The notes under the pieces: model-generated
Database searches by the model: none
What the model saw: the letters and a program-made list of their open reading frames with translations, nothing else
Told to the model about the DNA's origin: nothing
NCBI GenBank assembly: GCA_049977105.1
Contig: JBMFGX010000014.1
Span: 9,686-73,685 of the forward strand
DNA length: 64,000 nt
Source: Acidobacteriaceae bacterium
Lineage (GTDB): Bacteria; Acidobacteriota; Terriglobia; Terriglobales; Acidobacteriaceae
Direction of reading: 5' to 3'
Made by a program: the position numbers and the translations under genes
Part shown: one piece after another, positions 58,227 through 64,000 of the stretch
Layout: each line of letters opens with the position of its first letter
Position numbering within the stretch: position 1 is the first letter of the stretch

Positions 58227-58973
58227 ATGGTGGGGCTCAGCTCAAATAAGAAATCTTCTTCGCCCATAGGGCGCAATCGCGAGTGCTCCACTTGCGAACT
58301 GCGCTCCTTGCGCATGTTCTGCAATTTGAATCAAGCGGCGCTTGCCGATTTTCAGAAGCTCGGCGTCAAACGCTTCCTCCCCCGGGGTACACGTCTCTTC
58401 CAGGAAGATCAGCCAAGCACCGGCGTCTTTCTTCTTTGTACCGGGCAGGTCAAGCTGTCCTGCACCTCCAGAGAGGGAAAAACACTCATCTTGAAGATCG
58501 CGCTGCCCGGTGACGTGCTCGGCCTCGGCGCGGTCATCTCTGACACAAAATATGAGGTCACGGCGGAAGTGATCGAGCCGGCGGAGATCAAGAACATTCG
58601 CCGCCAGGAGTTCCTCGAGTTTCTCGAAAAGCATGGAGAAGCAAGCCTGCACGCCGCCAAATCCCTCTCCGAAGAGTACAAAACAGCCTTCTTCGATGCC
58701 CGCCGCCTGGCTCTATCCGGTTCAGCCGCAGAACGCTTGGCCTCAGTCTTCCTCGATTGGGCGCGGACAGCCTCCTGCGGAAAACCAGAGATGCGCTTCA
58801 CCATGGCCTTGACGCATGAAGAACTCGCCAACATGGTGGGCAGCTCGCGAGAAACCATCACTCGCGTCATCAGCAAATTCAAGCGCGACAAGATCATCCA
58901 GATCCGCGGCGCATCCATCATCGTTCTCGATCCACTCAAACTGGAACAGCTCGCCTCCATGCAACTGCTGTGA
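58227..58973 (+). CDS. Crp/Fnr family transcriptional regulator 2 (paralogue of regulator 1)
   Basis: ggaga RBS before ATG 58227. N-terminal C-x2-C-x8-C (CSTCELRSLRMFC), a cNMP-fold core (GTRLFQEDQ...VFLLCTGQVKL...GKTLILKI..GDVLG) and HTH LTHEELANMVGSSRETITRVISKF. The upstream part of the ORF-track entry was trimmed. Confidence 0.85.
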   Translation: MVGLSSNKKSSSPIGRNRECSTCELRSLRMFCNLNQAALADFQKLGVKRFLPRGTRLFQEDQPSTGVFLLCTGQVKLSCTSREGKTLILKIALPGDVLGLGAVISDTKYEVTAEVIEPAEIKNIRRQEFLEFLEKHGEASLHAAKSLSEEYKTAFFDARRLALSGSAAERLASVFLDWARTASCGKPEMRFTMALTHEELANMVGSSRETITRVISKFKRDKIIQIRGASIIVLDPLKLEQLASMQLL

Positions 58974-58984
58974 TTTAGATCACG
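58969..58984. promoter_or_regulatory. CRP-type box TGTGATTTAGATCACG
   Basis: GTGAT-N4-ATCAC palindrome, 9/10 to the CRP consensus. It overlaps the stop codon of Crp/Fnr gene 2 and lies ~420 bp upstream of the usp gene. Confidence 0.4.
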
Positions 58985-59404
58985 GTTTCACTACCCTCTA
59001 TCTTTCTACAGTGTGACCAGAGGTAAGCAATGGTTAGCCATTGCGTCAGCTCGGTCTGCCAGGTAGATGTCAAATCGATAAGGGATGGAGAACTGTACGC
59101 GCTAGAGAGCCGCTCCGCTGACACGGAGTCCTTCCGGCTTTTTCCCCGCTTGCTCAGAGAACGCGCCGCGCATTCTCAACTCGTTGGGAAAGGTCGCGGT
59201 CGTCGCTAGAACGGCCTGTCACGGTCCACCAACGACGGAAGCAGACATCCGTAGAGTCTTCCATCGCAAGCATCCGTTCCTCACCGGCGCGCAGCGCTGG
59301 TCCGGCAAGCGACTCCTTTCTCCTTATCCATTCCGCATCTGCCTGCAAAAGGGGTAACCCGCATGGCTTGAGCTCGCAGCCTCGTGTTCGTCTCAGGAGA
59401 GGGT

Positions 59405-60319
59405 ATGTCGAAGCAACGTTCTGAGTTCCCATCGTTTCTGCGAATTCTCATGGCAACAGACTGCTCAAGGGTCTCCGGTCCTGCCTTCTGCTGTGCCCTC
59501 GATCTCGCTCAGATGTTTCATTCCAAGCTCACCGTGCAGAAAATCGTTGAGCCTGCGGAGACAGACTTGCCGGAATCCCCGGCATCGGATGCCTTCCTCG
59601 ACCCTGCCGCCACTTCAGCGGTCAACGCTCCCTCAGGACTGGTGAGTCACGCTCTCGCCCGCGGCATCGATTGCGAGGTCAGCACCGAGTCGGGCAATCC
59701 CACGGATGCGATTCTGCGCCAGGCCAAAACCACACAAGCAGACCTCATTGTGCTCGGGGTCGAATCCACTCGTGCCTACGAGCCCTTCCCCTTAGAGACA
59801 ATCATCGAAACCGTGCTCAGGAAAGCCCCTTGTCCCGTGCTGGCCTTCGGCCCAATCTCTGCCGCGCAACCCCCCCGGCGCCCGCACTCGCAACCCGTCC
59901 TGTTCGCAACAGACTTCCATCGCACCACTACGGCAGCCATTGCCTACGCGGCCGCTCTGGCGGACTCTTTCCACACCGAACTGCACTGCCTGCATGTTCT
60001 TCCCCGGGCTCTGCAATCCACCCAGAAGATGCAGGTCATCCCCACCATCCTTACCTGCGCTCTTCGCCAGGTCGCCTGCAGCGTCATGGGCAACCCCGTC
60101 TGTTCCGTCACCTTCGGTAGTGAAGTCTCCCATGCCATCGTCGAATATGCGCGCGAACACGACGCAGCCACCGTCGTTCTGGGCGTTCGCCAGGCGTCCA
60201 TGACGGGTTCAGCTCTGGCGCCGCCCATCGCCTATCGCGTGATTGCAGAAGCACCCTGTCCCGTGCTCACCGTCCCCTACGGCAAAGACTTCGACCAGCC
60301 CACCACATACATTCAGTAG
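59405..60319 (+). CDS. tandem-domain universal stress protein (UspA family)
   Basis: Two Usp repeats (ILMATDCS...ADLIVLGV...APCPVL and VLFATDFH...TVVLGV...APCPVL). aggagag RBS before ATG 59405. Confidence 0.8.
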   Translation: MSKQRSEFPSFLRILMATDCSRVSGPAFCCALDLAQMFHSKLTVQKIVEPAETDLPESPASDAFLDPAATSAVNAPSGLVSHALARGIDCEVSTESGNPTDAILRQAKTTQADLIVLGVESTRAYEPFPLETIIETVLRKAPCPVLAFGPISAAQPPRRPHSQPVLFATDFHRTTTAAIAYAAALADSFHTELHCLHVLPRALQSTQKMQVIPTILTCALRQVACSVMGNPVCSVTFGSEVSHAIVEYAREHDAATVVLGVRQASMTGSALAPPIAYRVIAEAPCPVLTVPYGKDFDQPTTYIQ

Positions 60320-60805
60320 ATCGGCCGGAAGACGGCCCGGCTGCCGCCCGAACCCCACTGCAAGGTCCACTACAAGGTCGGCCCGCGCCAGCCAGTGATC
60401 TCGGGGCTGCCCGCCCCTCGCTGTAGATGTAGATTTAGCGGACGCTCTCGATGATCTGCCCTCTCAGCCACTCCTTGACGTGTCCCCGCCGCCGTCACCC
60501 CATGCACAAAGTGGATCTTCAGACCCGGAAAAATCTTCCTGCAGGATCGCCACGGCCGTAACGGCTTCCGGCGTCTCATGCTCCCCCCCCGCGCCGGCCA
60601 CAACCCCATCCGGCTCAACACCATCACCACGACTCCTCCAGTCCCAGAGCCGCTGCCTTTGGTGCCATGGGCTAGCGCTTCATCGATCGTCAGGCAAGAT
60701 GACCTCTGTCTCCGTGCTACGCGTCAAGTCTTACCGGTTGACGCCTATTCGTGAAACGATAAAAAGGGGAGCGCCAACCGGGCTCCGGGTGGAAAGGACG
60801 ACTTT

Positions 60806-62008
60806 ATGCCAGGCGATTCGATTCTTGTAGTGAACACCGGTTCCTCCAGCCTGAAGACGGGACTCTATGTTTCGTCACACAACCAGGAACATTTGCTCTT
60901 TGACGCCTCCGCGGAGCGATTGGGTCAACCGGATGCCACGCTCTCACTGCGGGATGCGGATGGCCGCATGCTGCGCTCTGAAAATCTCTCTTTGCAGACC
61001 CACCAGCAGGCGTTGCAGCATGTTTCGAAATGGCTCGCCGACCACGGTATCGATCCGCCCAAGGCAGTCGGACATCGCGTCGTCCATGGCGGTCCCAGGC
61101 TGATCGAGCACCAGCGGATTACCGATAGCGTTCTCGATACCCTTCGCCAATACATCCACTTCGCGCCCCTGCATATTCCCTTGGCTCTGGCGCTCATCCA
61201 GCAGGCGGAAACCACCTATCCAGCCGTGCCCCAGTTTGCTTGCTTCGATACCGCCTTTCACCGCACCCTGCCCCTTACCGCCTCCCGCTTCGCCATCCCC
61301 CATAGCCTCTTCGACAAAGGAGTTCGCCGCTATGGATTTCATGGTCTTTCCTGTGAATCCATCGTGCATGCTCTGGGTGCGGAGCTTCCCGCCCGCACCG
61401 TCATCGCTCATCTCGGCAACGGAGCCAGCCTTACCGCCGTCAAGCAGGGCTGCTCCATCGATACCAGCATGGGACTCACTCCCACCGGAGGCATCCCCAT
61501 GGGCACACGGACCGGCGATCTGGACCCCGGAGTTCTGCTCTACCTCATGCGTACCATGCAGATGAACCCAGACGACATGGAAACCCTGCTCAACCACGAA
61601 TCGGGCCTCAAAGCCCTCTCCGGTACAAGTGCAGACGTCCGCACCCTCACCGCCTCCGCAGACGCCGGCGATGCCCAGGCCCAGTTCGCCCTCGATGTCT
61701 TTTGTACCGCTGTGGCCAAGACCATCGCAGCCTACGCTGTCGTCCTGGATGGGTTAGACCTGCTCGTCTTTTCCGGAGGCATTGGAGAACACAGCGCTCG
61801 GGTCAGAACCAGCATCTGCGCTCATCTGCGCTTCCTGGGCGTAGCCCTCCAGGAATCCGCCAACGCCGCATCCAGCCCCACCATCTCCTCCCCCAACTCC
61901 AGCGCCCAGGTCCGTATCGTCCAGAGTCGGGAAGACCTTCAGATCGCCCGCCACAGCCGTCGCCTGCTCCGACAGGAAAATCCACGCTCCACCCCTGCTC
62001 TTCAGTGA
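60806..62008 (+). CDS. ackA: acetate kinase
   Basis: ILVVNTGSSSLK N-terminus, HRVVHGG, FDTAFH, RRYGFHGLS, HLGNGAS and the DTSMG motif. Confidence 0.93.
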   Translation: MPGDSILVVNTGSSSLKTGLYVSSHNQEHLLFDASAERLGQPDATLSLRDADGRMLRSENLSLQTHQQALQHVSKWLADHGIDPPKAVGHRVVHGGPRLIEHQRITDSVLDTLRQYIHFAPLHIPLALALIQQAETTYPAVPQFACFDTAFHRTLPLTASRFAIPHSLFDKGVRRYGFHGLSCESIVHALGAELPARTVIAHLGNGASLTAVKQGCSIDTSMGLTPTGGIPMGTRTGDLDPGVLLYLMRTMQMNPDDMETLLNHESGLKALSGTSADVRTLTASADAGDAQAQFALDVFCTAVAKTIAAYAVVLDGLDLLVFSGGIGEHSARVRTSICAHLRFLGVALQESANAASSPTISSPNSSAQVRIVQSREDLQIARHSRRLLRQENPRSTPALQ

Positions 62009-62426
62009 TCGCCATCACAGACACTCGATTTCAATCTCTTCAGCCTAAGAAGAGGAGGCCATATGCCACTACCGTTCCGTCCCTCGACATCCTCTTCCAG
62101 CAGCAAGGCCTGCACCGGCCCTTGCACGGGATTCGGCACGACAAGCTCCTGCCCTCCCTTGATCGTCCTCGCGGCATTCGCAAACCAACCAGACGTGCTC
62201 GGCGCAAAGCCGTATTCCGTGCGCAACATCTACCCCTGCTTTGGCCCGGAGCGCTAACGCTTCCAGACGGCAAGTTCACGGTTTCACACAGCTAAGCGAA
62301 CCATCCTAAAGCACGAAGCTGTTCAGTTCGGGGCGCCTATCCGATCGCTCAGGAACGCGAACCCGGGTGCTCAAAAACCATCACCGCCCATCCTGCAACG
62401 CTCCAATCATCATCAGAGCGCTCCGT

Positions 62427-64000
62427 CTACCTCGGTTTCCAGCTCGAGCCGGCGGAACGGCTGAGCAGTACCGTCGAACGAGGGCCAAGCAGATACGCCG
62501 TCCCGCGAAACACCGCTCCCGGGGGTTCCAGGATGTCCCGCGGAGCCGGCTCGCTGGTGTCGATCAACCGAAACCACGGACCACCACTCGCAGGGCAGGG
62601 AACCGCAAACCATAGCGGCTCCCAATAGGCATTCATCATCAAGTGAAATACCGGTTCATCCTGCCAGAATCCGGTAGCCGCCAAAGTATGAGAGTCTTCT
62701 GAGAGATCCGGCGCATGCAGCTTGACGCCATGCCATTCGATCCGGGCTGACTCCAGCATCTCCTGGAAAGACATCTCTGCTCCATCAATACGGCAACAGA
62801 ACCGTCTCCTCAGCCGGATGAGCGTGCGAACAAACCGATGCAGGCCGGCGTACTTCTTGCGTCGGCTCCAATCCAACCAGGACGTCTCGTTATCTTGGCA
62901 ATAGGCGTTGTTGTTTCCTCCCTGCGTCCTGCGAACCTCATCTCCCATCAGCAGCATCGGTGTGCCTACAGCCAGCATCGTCAACGTCAGGGCATTCCGC
63001 ATCTGACGCTCCCTCAGAGCCTCAATCGCTGCGTCATCCGTTGCTCCCTCCACACCACAGTTCCAGGAGAGATTCTCACTCATCCCATCCCGGTTTCCCT
63101 CCTGATTCGCTAGGTTATGTTTCTCGTTGAAGCTGACCAGGTCGTTCAACGTGAATCCGTCGTGGCAGGTCACAAAATTGATGTTTTGTCGCGGCGAATG
63201 ACACGGATGCAGGTAAATATCCTGGCTGCCCAGAAGCCGCTCTCGAAGCCGTTCAACCGTGCCGCGATCAGATTTGATGAACGACCGAACATCATCCCGG
63301 AAGATGCCATTCCACTCCGTCCACCGATCGACTGAAAATGACCCAACCTGATAAAGACCGCCGGCGTCCCACGGCTCCGCGATCAACTTCACCCCCGCAA
63401 GCACCGGGTCTGCATCAATCTCCCATATCGCCGGGGCGTTCACCATCGGCGTGCCGTCTACGTCTCGCGTCAGCACAGACGCCAGATCAAACCGAAAACC
63501 GTCCACATGCATCTCTGTAACCCAATGGCGCAGGCTGTCGATAATCATCCGCCGCACCACCGATTGGTTCACATTCAGCGTGTTTCCCGTGCCGGTAAAA
63601 TCCGCGTACTCTCCGCGATCCTTGCAGAGTATGTAATACATCGGATTATCCAGGCCCTTCAAGCTTAACGTCGGCCCACTCCCCCCGTGCTCAGCCGTAT
63701 GGTTGTACACCACGTCCAGAATCACCTCTATCCCGGCCCGATGGAGCGCCTTCACCATGTCCCGGAACTCATCCACGCTCCCCGAACCGGAAGCCTCCGA
63801 ACTATAACGACGGTGCGGTGCAAAAAAACTTACCGGGCTATAGCCCCAGTAATTCTCCAGCCCCGGCGGCGCATCCTGCCTGTCGAATGCAAACACCGGC
63901 ATCAGTTCTACCGCTGTGATTCCAAGATCTTGCAGATAGGGGATCTTTTCCTTCAGCCCGGCATAGGTGCCGCGCAGCTTCTCCGCGACCCCTGAGTTCG
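62427..64000 (-). CDS. glgX: glycogen debranching enzyme GlgX / isoamylase (GH13), N-terminus outside window
   Basis: GH13 motifs EVILDVVYNHT, GFRFDLA, LIAEPWD and FVTCHDGFTL. The frame stays open to the window edge (..RGTYAGLKEKIPYLQDLGITAVELMPVF). Confidence 0.9.
   Translation of the reverse strand, partial: NSGVAEKLRGTYAGLKEKIPYLQDLGITAVELMPVFAFDRQDAPPGLENYWGYSPVSFFAPHRRYSSEASGSGSVDEFRDMVKALHRAGIEVILDVVYNHTAEHGGSGPTLSLKGLDNPMYYILCKDRGEYADFTGTGNTLNVNQSVVRRMIIDSLRHWVTEMHVDGFRFDLASVLTRDVDGTPMVNAPAIWEIDADPVLAGVKLIAEPWDAGGLYQVGSFSVDRWTEWNGIFRDDVRSFIKSDRGTVERLRERLLGSQDIYLHPCHSPRQNINFVTCHDGFTLNDLVSFNEKHNLANQEGNRDGMSENLSWNCGVEGATDDAAIEALRERQMRNALTLTMLAVGTPMLLMGDEVRRTQGGNNNAYCQDNETSWLDWSRRKKYAGLHRFVRTLIRLRRRFCCRIDGAEMSFQEMLESARIEWHGVKLHAPDLSEDSHTLAATGFWQDEPVFHLMMNAYWEPLWFAVPCPASGGPWFRLIDTSEPAPRDILEPPGAVFRGTAYLLGPRSTVLLSRSAGSSWKPR

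Overview
GC-rich bacterial chromosomal window. Gene content (TIGR03118-like propeller protein, GT-C/GT2-GtrA envelope cluster, many sigma-54/Crp-Fnr regulators) suggests an Acidobacteriota-like genome, but that is an inference. About 45 coding regions are supportable. I saw no rRNA, tRNA, CRISPR array, transposase or integrase.

Layout:
- 0.5-2.7 kb: GAF-GGDEF-PilZ c-di-GMP protein.
- 3-10.4 kb: envelope glycosylation cluster (SDR epimerase, FAD oxidoreductase, two GT-C membrane transferases, divergent GT2-GtrA).
- 10.7-26.4 kb: housekeeping genes (mnmA, methyltransferase, rhomboid, eda, ABC pair, pgeF, fused aroD-aroE, M3 peptidase) plus a decayed vapBC module.
- 26.8-31.2 kb: PAS histidine kinase, receiver, sigma-54 activator and Crp/Fnr regulator 1.
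- 31.3-34.5 kb: nitronate-monooxygenase-like gene and a radical SAM/SPASM gene.
- 34.7-44.9 kb: multihaem cytochrome locus.
- 45.8-53.5 kb: uppP, amidohydrolase, threonine dehydratase, hydrolase, VKOR, Gly-zipper protein.
- 52.5-62 kb: anaerobic carbon module (nifJ/PFOR translationally coupled to a DHOD-like gene, Crp/Fnr regulator 2, tandem Usp, ackA).
- 62.4-64 kb: partial glgX.

The most unusual content is the cytochrome locus. It holds two monohaem cytochromes c, an 11-haem cytochrome next to a cytochrome b, and a 3-TM NapC/NirT-like hexahaem protein. Convergent to these is one 1096-aa ORF that joins an MtrA/DmsE-type decahaem cytochrome to a roughly 680-aa predicted outer-membrane beta-barrel through a Gly/Asn/Pro repeat linker. 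That looks like a porin-cytochrome electron conduit encoded as a single polypeptide.

A recurring palindrome (GTGA-N6-TCAC, mostly GTGAT-N4-ATCAC) sits in the noncoding DNA next to this locus and next to both Crp/Fnr genes. Both regulators carry a CRP-type R-E-x-x-x-R recognition helix and an N-terminal C-x2-C-x8-C motif.

All functional calls come from motif reading by eye. No database search was run.
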